Source of the DNA: Bispira polyomma
Lineage: Eukaryota
Length of the DNA stretch: 64,000 nt
Direction of reading: 5' to 3'
Assembly (NCBI GenBank): GCA_965649765.1
Contig: OZ287754.1
Location: 7,750,001 to 7,814,000 of the forward strand
The notes beneath the pieces were generated by a model. The model was not told where the DNA came from. It did not search any database and worked only from the letters and a program-made list of their open reading frames with translations. Positions 50,382-60,470 of the stretch are shown here, piece after piece. Positions within the stretch are counted from its first letter, which is position 1, and the number at the start of each line of letters is the position of its first letter. A program made the translations under genes and the position numbers.

Positions 50382-51991
50382 TTATCTGGAGGTACATGAT
50401 TCAGATTTGTTTTCCAAATCAGCAAGAATCTCTGAATTACTCAACCTGATTTTACATTTAACTTCAACATCAGGAGTGTCACCCCATACTTCATGCTCCT
50501 GATTGTTGTCATTTTCCACATTACAGTCAGTAGCCATGACAGGCCTTGTCACACCCCTTTCAAAGTATGGCTTTACCATATTTACATGACACAGTTGGGT
50601 TGACTTCCTTCTGTCCGGGGTTTCAATGACATAATCGAGATCACCTACTCTCTTTAACACTTTGTATGGCCCATGATATCTGGCCTGTAACGTGTTCCCC
50701 TGGACAGGTAATAGCACTAAAACCTTGTCTCCCGGTTTAAAAACACGGTTTTGTGACTTTCTATCATAAAGCACTTTCATTTTTAACTGAGATCGTTTCA
50801 AATTTTGTTGCACCAGCTCACAAGCCTTTTTTTGCCTACTTCTAAACTTTGAGACATAATCTAACAGGTTTAGGCTCTCAGAGTTCTCGGATATCCAATT
50901 TTCTTTCAACAACTTGAGAGGACCACGGACTGAATGACCAAACACCAACTCAAAGGGACTAAAGCCTAAAGACTCTTGCACTGATTCCCTAACTGCAAAC
51001 AATAATAAGTTGATGCCTTCATCCCAGTCTTTCTCATTGTCTAAGCAATATGTCCCAATCATATTTTTAAAGTGGAATGGAACCTTTCAAGGGCACCTTG
51101 TGATTCTGGGTGATAAGCACTAGATTTGATCTGTTTGGCACCTAACTGAAACACAACTTGCTGAAATAATCCTGATATGAAATTTGACCCTTGATCTGAT
51201 TGGATCTCTTTGGGTAAGCCAACTAAAGTAAAGAAATTGACAAAAGCTTTCGAGATTTTCGGGGCTGTTATGTTGGTCAAAGGTATGGCTTCAATGAATC
51301 TGGTTGAGGCACACATAATGGTTAGGAGATATTGGTTTCTGGATTTAGTCTTTGGAAAGGGGCCTACACAATCAATTATCACCTTGCTAAAAGGTTCCTC
51401 AAATGCTGGAATAGGTTTTAGAGGAGCTATAGGAATCTTTTGAATTGGTTTTCCTATAACTTGACACAAGTGACAAGTTTTACAAAATTCTACCAAACAG
51501 TGCCTGATCTGAGGCCAGTAGAAATGTTTGATTATTTTGCCATAGGTTTTATTGATGCCTAGATGGCCACCCATTGGAGACTCATGAGCTAACCTCAATA
51601 CCTCATTTTGGTACATTTTTGGTATTACAATCTGATGTAGTATTGACCAGTTCTCAGATGTAGGGACATTTGGCGGCCTCCACTTTCGCATGAACACACC
51701 ATTTCTGATATAATAGCCTACTGGGACCTTATCTAGCTCTACTGGTGGTAACACCAATTTAAATAGAGGGGCTAATTCAGGGTCATTTTCCTGCTCTACA
51801 ATCAATTTTGATATTGAGAGTGATACATCTGGATCATCAATTGGGTCTTGTTTCTCAGAATCTTCCCTATCTTTAGAGTCAATATCACTATGATTTTGCA
51901 CATCATGGTCACAGTTGTTTAAGAATCTATCAACTAAGACATCTGTAAATTGTTTACAATCTTTTGGTTTTTCTTGGGCTTTTTTAGCCAT
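50382..51991 (-). pseudogene. Gypsy integrase (upstream of RT)
   Basis: HHCC (HESPMGGH...CHLC), IDCVGP, SDQG, LERFH; C-terminal GPY(K)V motif; frameshift at ~51060. Confidence 0.92.
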
Positions 51992-51994
51992 AGC

Positions 51995-53677
51995 TCAAGT
52001 CACAGCATAGGAGGGAATAATACCAAGAATAACCTCTTCTAATTTCTTAGTGCTAACCAAAGTGATCGGCCTAGAAGTAACCTTAGGATCAGCAACCACC
52101 TTACCACCTGCCAAATCGTTTCCCAACAGCAAAGACACCCCTCTAATGGGTAAAGTGGGCCTGGTACCCACCACAACAGAACCAGTACCTAAATCTGATA
52201 CTAAGTTGACCTTATGTAAGGGAATGTTTACACAACCTCCTTCAATACCTTGAGCAATAATATTCTCACCAGTAGAAGTGCTTACACTCAATGGCAATAC
52301 ACCTTCTAAAAGTAGTGACTGAGTAGCCCCAGTGTCTCTTAGTATCTTAATGGGAACTTGACTGGAACTACTATCTAAGGATACAAAACCCTCAGACACA
52401 AAAGGTTTGAACTCATCCCTAATCTCAGACTTGTCTAAACCAATACTAGATTCTGCTCTGTTGGGATTTGAACGCCAATTGGATTTGCTAGAAATAAAGG
52501 CATTAGGTGTTGATTCCTTTTCTCTCTTTTTCTTTAAGAGCCAACAGTCAGACATAACATGCCCAGGTTTTTTACAGTGATGGCACATAGAAGCAAAGGA
52601 CCTAGGTTTCCTATCCTTACTCATTGTCTGATTTGTTGTTTGACACTTATCTGAACTCTTTTCTGGAGCTACATTTTCTAATTTCTTTCATACTTCAGGA
52701 TAAAACTTTTTTGTGAGACCAGAGGATTTACTCTTGTTAAAAGTGGACTTGTGAGTCAGCGCATAATCATCAGCATAAGCTGCTGCTTTTTGCAAATTTT
52801 CTACTCTGTTCATCCAGATAGGTTATAATGTCATCACGAACACCCCTTTTGAACTCCTCAATTAAAATGACTTGTCTAAGCTTGCCAACCTCTCTAGAAT
52901 TACACCATCTGTCAAAAGTATACTTTTTTCATGGGCAAATTCAACATAAGTTTGACTTTCTTGCTTGCGGCAATTTCTGAATTTTTGAAGATATGCTTCT
53001 GGTACCAACTCCTATGCTTTCAAAATAGCATTTTTCACACAATTATAATCTCTACATTCAGAAATTGGCAAAGCTGTATATGCCTCCTGGGCTTTGCCTT
53101 TGAAAACACTTTGCAGCAATAAAGGCCACTGGTTTGTGGGCCATTTCAAATTTTGAGCCAATCATTCAAAATGTTGAAAATACTTATCAACGTCTGATTC
53201 GTTGATAGGCGGTACCAGTCGCATATTTTTACCCAAATCAAATTTGGTTGCCATGGAGTCTTTGTGGGCAATTCAGCGAGCATTGAGTTCCATAGCTTTC
53301 ATTTCCCTTTCATGTTTAAGCTCAAGTTCTTTTTCAAATTTTTGAGCTTCAAGCTCTTCCTTTCGTCTTTGAGCCTCAAGCTCTTCTTTTCGTGCCTCAA
53401 ACTCTTTAAGTTTTAGCTCTCTTTCAATTTCTAATCGCCTGATCTCAAATTGCCCAGAAGTTTCCATTGACAGAGGTTTATACACTTCTAAACAACTATC
53501 ATGCAAAAGGTCTTCATCAACTAACTGTTCAATAATAAGCCTTTTAAGTTCATGTTTACGTGTTGACCTTTTAACCTCTAATTGTAATTCTTGTGCTATC
53601 TGAATTAAAATATCTTTTTTAAAAGTTTCTAGAACCTCAATAGATGGTGACTGTACAAACTATTTAGCACTAGCCAT
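51995..53677 (-). pseudogene. Gypsy gag (SCAN-like capsid, CCHC knuckle) and aspartic protease
   Basis: CHHCKKPGHVMSDC; ILRDTGA and LLGNDL; homologous to 62817-64000; early stop and frameshifts. Confidence 0.9.
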
Positions 53678-53760
53678 TTTGAGTACTGTTGACTGTAATA
53701 TATTTTCCAACAAAATAAATGACATTTCAAAAAGCTTAAATAGTTAGATCAAATGGTTGG

Positions 53761-53781
53761 ATCCCGGACGACGAGCCCCCA
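53761..53781 (-). promoter_or_regulatory. Primer-binding site, tRNA-Pro, with a 3-nt duplication
   Basis: minus strand tgggggctcgtcgtccgggat versus canonical TGGGGGCTCGTCCGGGAT. Confidence 0.85.
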
Positions 53782-53788
53782 ATTTTCC

Positions 53789-54556
53789 TGTTACGGTCAC
53801 GGGAGAAGCGCGGTAGCAATTACCGGTTGCTTTCAAGTTGTAAAAGGAAAAGGCAAAAAGTTTCACTTAACAAATTTATTTAACAACTAAAATAACAATT
53901 ACAGAATTACAAAATTACAGTTAACTGAGACACTCTTAATAGTTCATACAATAATACAATAATGAAACCAAACTGACCTGACCACATAAATAACAAACAA
54001 GTTTGTCCACTGTATCCAGCAATCTGTCTTGAGATCCGCTCAGTGTCCACACAATGCCTGTATCCTGTTGACCGTTTGGTGTCCACGAACACAAAATTTA
54101 TTTATCCAGAGAGTCTGCACAACTAAGCTATCCAATATAAACTAAGCTAAACAATATCCAATATGCAGCAAACTCAATCTCTGGTAGATCCACAACTTTA
54201 TATCCAGTTCACTCCGATGAGTTCACCACAAAATGTATATAACAATCAGTTTATATCCACGGGAAAAGAAATAAAATGTTTCACAGTATAGCAGTTCATA
54301 TAGCACACCAACTCAATAAACTCTAGTCTGTGGCCAGGCTGTCAACCCTTATATATACCACTGCTAGCGAAGGTTGCTAGAATATGTAAACAATTTCTAG
54401 AACGTTCCAGATTGAGATGTAAACAAATTAACACAATATCAATAACAACAGAAACAAAATAGAACCAGCTTCTAGAAGCTTAGGGTTTCCCCAAATCTAT
54501 AAATAAATCACTCTAGCAGAGTGCTTTAACATACCACAATGTACTTAAATGTAACA
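53789..54556 (-). repeat. 5' LTR
   Basis: direct repeat of 48082-48841, adjacent to the PBS. Confidence 0.95.
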
Positions 54557-54561
54557 GTGAC

Positions 54562-55112
54562 ACACAAATTCCTATTCCAGAAGGCATTTACAATAACATG
54601 AAAGACTTGATCAGAATCATGAACAAAAAAGTTAGGAGGTTAAGAGCAGAGCCACCATTTACCATGCAGTTCAGTACCATTAAATTCACGCAAAAGACAC
54701 GATTACAAAAACTAAGCATAATAATGCGGCTAATATAGCACAGGCAGGGCCCAAAATAACCCTTTCCAAAAGATTAAGTGAAATTCTAGGTTTTGCCAAA
54801 ACCGGACCTTTTTTACCCGGGGATAGAAAATTTAAGTACCCATCCGACATTCAAGATGGCACACACAATCTATACATCTATTATGATTTGATCGAACCTG
54901 TGGCAGTGGGAGATGCAAAAGTTCCTCTTCTTAGAATAGTTCCTATCCAGAAAGGACATATTATCACTACATCGTACAATCAAGTATTTTATTATCCATT
55001 AATGAGGAAAGTCTTTGGTTCAGTGGAAATCAATATAAAGAATGACACGGGTGAAATCATCCCATTTGTGGGTGGGAAGTCATTTGTGACACTTCACTTT
55101 CGTCAAAAATGA
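54562..55112 (+). pseudogene. Maverick minor capsid protein, 3' part
   Basis: rejoins in frame across the TSD (QVGD|TQIPIPEGIYNN); ends LYIYYDLIEPVAVGDAKVPLLRIV...YYPL...VEINIKNDTGEIIPF..GKSFVTLHFR. Confidence 0.85.
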
Positions 55113-55411
55113 AGCACAAAGACTACTGCTGCGATAATTCCACACGGGAGGCATACAATGAATATTATACAAGTCAAGCTGGAAGCGGCCTGCCAGGATT
55201 TCAAGGTTCAAGATATCAGAGAGGACATGGGTCGGGTAGCTTGTTTAAGGGGTTAGTTCGAGTAGCTGCACCTCTGTTAAAAAAAGGAGCCATTGCATTG
55301 GGAAAATCATTGGATAAGAAGGCTTTGACAGCAGGAGTAAGTTTGGCACAGGATTACTTAGAAAGGGATAAAAGAGGTGCCCCTCGGGCAAGACCCGACA
55401 TTCGATCTTAA
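55109..55411 (+). CDS. Maverick core/membrane-lytic-like small protein
   Basis: YY..QAGSG...FQG..YQRGHG.GSLF..L.R...PLLK amphipathic motif; ATGA overlap with the minor capsid stop; C-terminus may be frameshifted. Confidence 0.7.
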   Translation: MKHKDYCCDNSTREAYNEYYTSQAGSGLPGFQGSRYQRGHGSGSLFKGLVRVAAPLLKKGAIALGKSLDKKALTAGVSLAQDYLERDKRGAPRARPDIRS

Positions 55412-55471
55412 TTGTTCAAACAGAGAGGACCTCCCTGAAAAAAGAGAAGGAGAAATTTATATTCCTAATCC

Positions 55472-56540
55472 ATGCCTCTGATTCACCCCCAGTCTTGCGA
55501 GTGTGTCAAAATGGAGTTACATCTGTTTGCTATACCCCTCACTCAGGCTAACATTGAAGAGGGAAAATGGGTCGAATATGGTCCTGTGACAGCGATGAAA
55601 GACAGCAGTGATACCATTGAATTTAAAATAGCTGAATCAGATTCTGAGTACATCGATCTAAAAAACAGTTTTATTCATGTCAAAGCCAAAATTGTAAAAG
55701 CAAACGGCGAGCCTTTAGCTACCGCCGTCGCCGCAGGAGCCGGCGTACCAGCTGTAGAAGCCGGCGATGTAGCTCCAGTGATTTTTTGGCTGCATGCCTT
55801 ATTCAGTCAGATAGATGTCACATTGAAAGACACTTTAGTGACCACCTCCAACAACACCTACCCTTACAAGGCATATATAGAATCTCTGCTAAGTTTTGGT
55901 ACAGAGAGTAAACAAAGTCAACTGACTGCATTGATGTGGTACAAAGACACCAACAACTTTTCCCTAGATGACACCAACAAGATACAAAAAAAGAAAGGAC
56001 CTAGCTAAAGGGAGTCGCCTGATTGACATGATGGGAAAATTGCACTTGGACCTGATGTTTCAAGACTAGAGCAAAGGCTCTACCGTGGGAATAGGAACCA
56101 GAAGTCACACTGAAGAAAACCTGTATTCTGGTCAAATTCTGAAATGCATTGTGTTGGGATTTCTAAAGAACAGTGCCATTAATGGAACCTACAAGACGAA
56201 TCCATTCCAGTTTGAACATTTTGATGTGGAACATATTGAGCTCAATGTAGGCAGAACACCATTTCCTGGCAAGGCACTGCAACCAGATGTCAACACAGGA
56301 CTACATGAATTGCTACATGACTCTATTTTCTGGCATGGGGACCATCTATCAAGATGACGGGAATCACATTGACAGAAAAGAATATGGGTTACACATTGAT
56401 ATGCTTTGATTTGTCACCCGATTTAGAAGAAGGGGGAGGTTATGTTAACAGAAACTATAAATATTGTTGTGTTTGGAGAATTTGAAAACACCATTGAAAT
56501 TGACCGTTACAGAGACGTTGTGACCGATTTCACTCTGTAA
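55472..56540 (+). pseudogene. Maverick major capsid protein (double jelly-roll), frameshifted and internally deleted
   Basis: C.K.EL.LF..P.TQ..IE...VEY.P, YIDL, LFSQ.DV, YPYKAY.E.LL, LHLDL..Q, NPF.F.HF, FDL.PD, EF.N..EID..R.V. Confidence 0.88.
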
Positions 56541-56541
56541 G

Positions 56542-56976
56542 ATGAATACAGCAGAACTCCAAAATCTACTGCAAAATTTCGAGCCTCCAAAATGGGATGT
56601 TGGTGTGTTTGCCAGAGACCAACTCAGACGTCCAAAATCAAGATGTGTATTTATCTGCAACACAGGTTGTTCTCATAAAAAGGGAACCCACTGGGTAGTG
56701 CTTAGTATTAACGAGCAAGGAGATGGGCTGTACTTCGACTCCTATGGATTACCATCTCTCTTCAAAGAGTTCATGCAGTTTTTCCAGCATTTTGCCAGAA
56801 ATTGTACTTACAACGATGTTCAGTTGAAAAGTCCATTTTCCATGGCCTGTGGACACTATTGTACATTTTTTGCTCTGTACGCCTTTGCTGGATATACCAT
56901 GGAAGAGATTGTCAACAGATTAGAAAACTACAATGATGGACAAATCCAGAACTTTATTAGACTACTTATGAATTAA
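56542..56976 (+). CDS. Adenain-like cysteine protease of the Maverick (144 aa, open)
   Basis: GVFARDQL, CNT....GTHWV (His), YFDSYG (Asp), QL....S.ACGHYC (Cys). Confidence 0.9.
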   Translation: MNTAELQNLLQNFEPPKWDVGVFARDQLRRPKSRCVFICNTGCSHKKGTHWVVLSINEQGDGLYFDSYGLPSLFKEFMQFFQHFARNCTYNDVQLKSPFSMACGHYCTFFALYAFAGYTMEEIVNRLENYNDGQIQNFIRLLMN

Positions 56977-57426
56977 TATTGAACAATTGAAGAAAAATTT
57001 TTAAAAAAATTGTTTGTGAAGACTAAATTTTTTGATTTAATATTTTAGCATTTAATTTTTCCAATTTGATTTAATGATAGTAAGAAAAAACCAATGTTCA
57101 TAATAGTTGAGTGATTATTAATTAAGACATTAAAAGTTTTTGTGTTTTAGCATTTTTAAAATTTTTTTATTTAATAATACAAAAAAAGAATAACACATAA
57201 AACTAGTTTCTATTATTTAAAATTTATGTTCATGTTTTAGTTTAAGTAGTTATTGTTTTAAAAAAAAATAAAATGGTTTAATAAATTTCATTTAATAAAT
57301 TTTGTTTAATGAATTTCGTTTAATAAATTTCGTTTAACATTTCTGTTCCTTATTAGTTAAGTATTTATTGTTTAAAAAAAAAGTTTGAAAATAAAGTTTA
57401 GAAAATGTACATCAGTGTTTTCTCTA

Positions 57427-57862
57427 CCACCACATATGGGGCTTCCACATGTGGTACCTCCAGATCTCCACACCTCCACATGTGGTATCTTCACATCTCC
57501 ACATATGGTGCGTCCACATCTCCACATGTGGTGCCTCCACATCTCCACACTTCCACATGTGGTACCTCCACATCTCCACACCTCCACATCTGGTACCTCC
57601 ACATCTCCACACTTCCACATGTGGTACCTACACATCTCCACATGTGGTACCTCCACATCTCCACACCTCCACATGTGGTATCTCCACATCTCCACACTTC
57701 CACATGTGGTACCTCCACATCTCCACACTTCCACATGTGGTACCTCCACATCTCTACACCTCCACATGTAGTCGCTCCACATCTCCACATATGGTACCTC
57801 CACATCTCCACATGTGGTAACTCTGCATCTCCACATCTCTAGATGTGGTACCTCATCCACCA
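57427..57862. repeat. ccacat-based minisatellite inside the Maverick
   Basis: ~15-31-bp units ccacatgtggtacct / ccacatct / ccacac(c/t)t repeated over ~435 bp. Confidence 0.92.
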
Positions 57863-57928
57863 ATGATTATAAAAGTTCATGCATTTCATGACAAAGGCCA
57901 TTTCAAGTTTAGACATGAAAGTGTAAAC

Positions 57929-58746
57929 ATGTCCCAGTGTCCTATATGCTTTAATGTACTTTCAAGACGTGATAGTTTAAAAAGACACATCAAACTTGTT
58001 CATGCTGAAAGAGGAAAAAAACTGTCACAACCACCAGTGTTACCAACGGTGTTATCAACAGTCTCACCACCACAGCAGGTCAGACCAACAGATATATATC
58101 AAACTCCTAGAGTAGATCAAGATGGCTACAGCGTGGAAGCGCTACCTAAAATGATACATCCATTTACATGTCTGGTGGCCGACCCAACTGGAAGTGGCAA
58201 AACCACATTTTTTAAAAAGTTATTGTAAGTTAAAGATGAAAAGATATATCAACCTCAATCAAAGATTATTTGGTGTTATACACAATGGCAACCTCTCTAT
58301 GCAACGATGAAAAATGTAGAATTTCATCAAGGACTGCCAGATGTCCAGGAATTAGAATCTTGCTTGCTTATTTTAGATGACATGATGGATCACTTGAAAA
58401 GTGGAGCGACTGTGTTGTTTACCAAAGGCAGTCATCACCGCAACATTTCTGTCATTGCGATGACTCCAAATGTGTTTCACCAAAGTAAATACCAGAGAAC
58501 AATCAGCTTGAATACACAATATATGGTGCTGTTCAAGAATCCCCGAGATGCCAGTCAGATTCGATATTTAGCTAGACAGATGTACCCCAAAGATCCAGAG
58601 TATATGGACCAAGTGTCTGACAGAGTGATGTCCTTGGAACCTTACGGCTTTTGTTCATCGATCTCAAGCACGAAACTACTGAGAATATGAGACTGAGAGC
58701 CAATGTGTTGGAAGATGAAGAAAGATACTATTATCAAAGAAAATAA
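57929..58746 (+). pseudogene. A32/FtsK-type packaging ATPase with in-frame N-terminal C2H2 finger (stop and frameshifts)
   Basis: CPICFNVLSRRDSLKRHIKLVH; HPF...ADPTGSGKT (Walker A); LLILDD (Walker B); SHHRNIS; RTISLN..Y..LFKNPRD; F.DL. Confidence 0.88.
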
Positions 58747-60361
58747 TTGTGATTAACACTGTTGTAATAATGTTGTAAATAATGTTGATGTTATTGCAAA
58801 TGAAAATAAACTTGAATTTGAATTGAATGTTAAGATGATGTTTAAATAAACCGTTTAAATAAACATTGAAAATAAAAATTTCAATTTTTCATTCTTTATG
58901 CTGGGACACTAGCTATTTGTCTTTACCTATTTTCCTCATAACTTTGGTCAATAGACTTGAGAATTATGGTAGTCAGGGTTTGAATATTACAGTTTTTTAA
59001 TATGAACATGAATAATTTATTTTAGTCAAAACTGATTTACACCCTTTTGGTACATTTCCTCAGCAACCATAGTGAGGTGACCCAATTTTGTCACTGTTTT
59101 AGCCACGCCACGCTTTCTTTTTCAATTCCTGTGTGATTTGTTCCTTTATGTGTATTTGACAGTATTCACCATTATGACGTCATAATGATTGTCATTGTGA
59201 CGTCACAATAGCATAGCAGTGAAGTCATATTGATGAGTTGAGGTTATGTCCTACACATTTAAAAATAATTCTTGTTTTCTTCCCAAAATATTACCTATTT
59301 TTGAGCAGCAATATCTCTATTATTTTACAAGTTACAAACATATAATTCATATCAATTTAAAGCTCAGATTCAGTGTTTATAAGTACTTTTGATTTCATTA
59401 AAATCTATCCAGTAATTTGGGAGATATCTTCTACGTTACACAGCCTATTTTGCTTGTCAAAGCTTGCCATATGTTTTTACAAAATTAAAAAATATAAGAT
59501 TTTATTTAAACGGCTATAGCTAAGTGACTATGTACACTACAAGGTCATACTTTATACCAAATTATAAAGACCGGAAATGCATATAGAACACAAAAGCCGT
59601 CACTGCGCAATTCGAAGCCGTACTTTATCTGGTAGAATAGATCATGGAAAAATAGTTCTGTCAGTAGCTACAAAAATAGTTCATAGTAAGTTGGGAAATA
59701 TCTTATTATTTGCTTTAAAATACATTATTGTTAGTCTTTACAATAGAAATAAAGTACACGTGCTTGTACTTTATTGGCCGGCCCTTGTCCATTATTCCGC
59801 CGTAAGTTCTTTCTTTGAATCTCCAATAAAGTACTCGCCCTTGAACTTTATTTCTGCATTAAAGATCACAATCCAACCTTTCTAACACTTTTTACTACAT
59901 CCAAATCCATACAGTACTTCCTGAGATATGTGCTCCCAAACAATTTGACTCTCCTTCATTAGGCCCCCAATCTATTTATAGAGGCACCCCTTCTGTTTCT
60001 GGAAGGCGCAACAGTTGATTGTGCCGTTCTAATGACATAGCAGTGACGTCATAATGATGAGTTGACATCCTATGGATTTGAAAACAGTTAACAAAATATT
60101 ATCTATAATTAAAAGGCTATAACTCAGTGACTATATACACTACATGGTCATACTTTATATCAAATTCAAGATCACAATCCAGGCTTTCCAATACCTTTTG
60201 ATGCATTCAAATACATCCAGTACTTCCTGAGATATTTGCTCCCAAAAACATTAGGCTCTTTTTATGTTTAGATGCGCCAAATTGACGCCAAAATCGGCCT
60301 GCGTACTAAAAAGACACAGGGCTATTCAATGGTGCGCCAAAAAAGAGCAAAACCCCATTTA

Positions 60362-60470
60362 CATGCGCCTAAAAGGGGCATGACGTCACTTCCGGTGCGC
60401 CAAAAAGGCGCATGACGTCACTTCCTGCCCCTATTTGCGCCGTGTGGGGGGGTTTTCACTGTCCTATACT
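60362..60470 (-). repeat. Maverick right TIR
   Basis: reverse complement of the left TIR; two ~34-bp units gcgccaaaaaggcgcatgacgtcacttcc. Confidence 0.9.

Larger units (their letters stand above)
48082..54556 (-). mobile_element. Full-length Gmr1-clade Ty3/gypsy LTR retrotransposon (degenerate), nested in the Maverick
   Basis: two ~760-bp LTRs with TGTTAC...GTAACA ends; 5-bp TSD gtgac at 48077-48081 and 54557-54561; order gag-PR-IN-RT-RH. Confidence 0.95.
45658..60470 (+). mobile_element. Maverick/Polinton (adintovirus-like) deletion derivative, ~8.3 kb excluding the nested LTR element
   Basis: AGTAGT start and ACT end, ~110-120-bp TIRs, integrase/capsid/protease/ATPase remnants all on +; empty site atttgacatt|atgcctttaa at ~18931-18950; no pPolB seen. 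Confidence 0.92.

Noticed and set aside
57372-57863. Six overlapping His/Trp/Cys-rich ORFs, and a possible CRISPR-like array
   Set aside because: ORFs arise because the repeat unit lacks stop codons; there are no unique spacers and the context is eukaryotic
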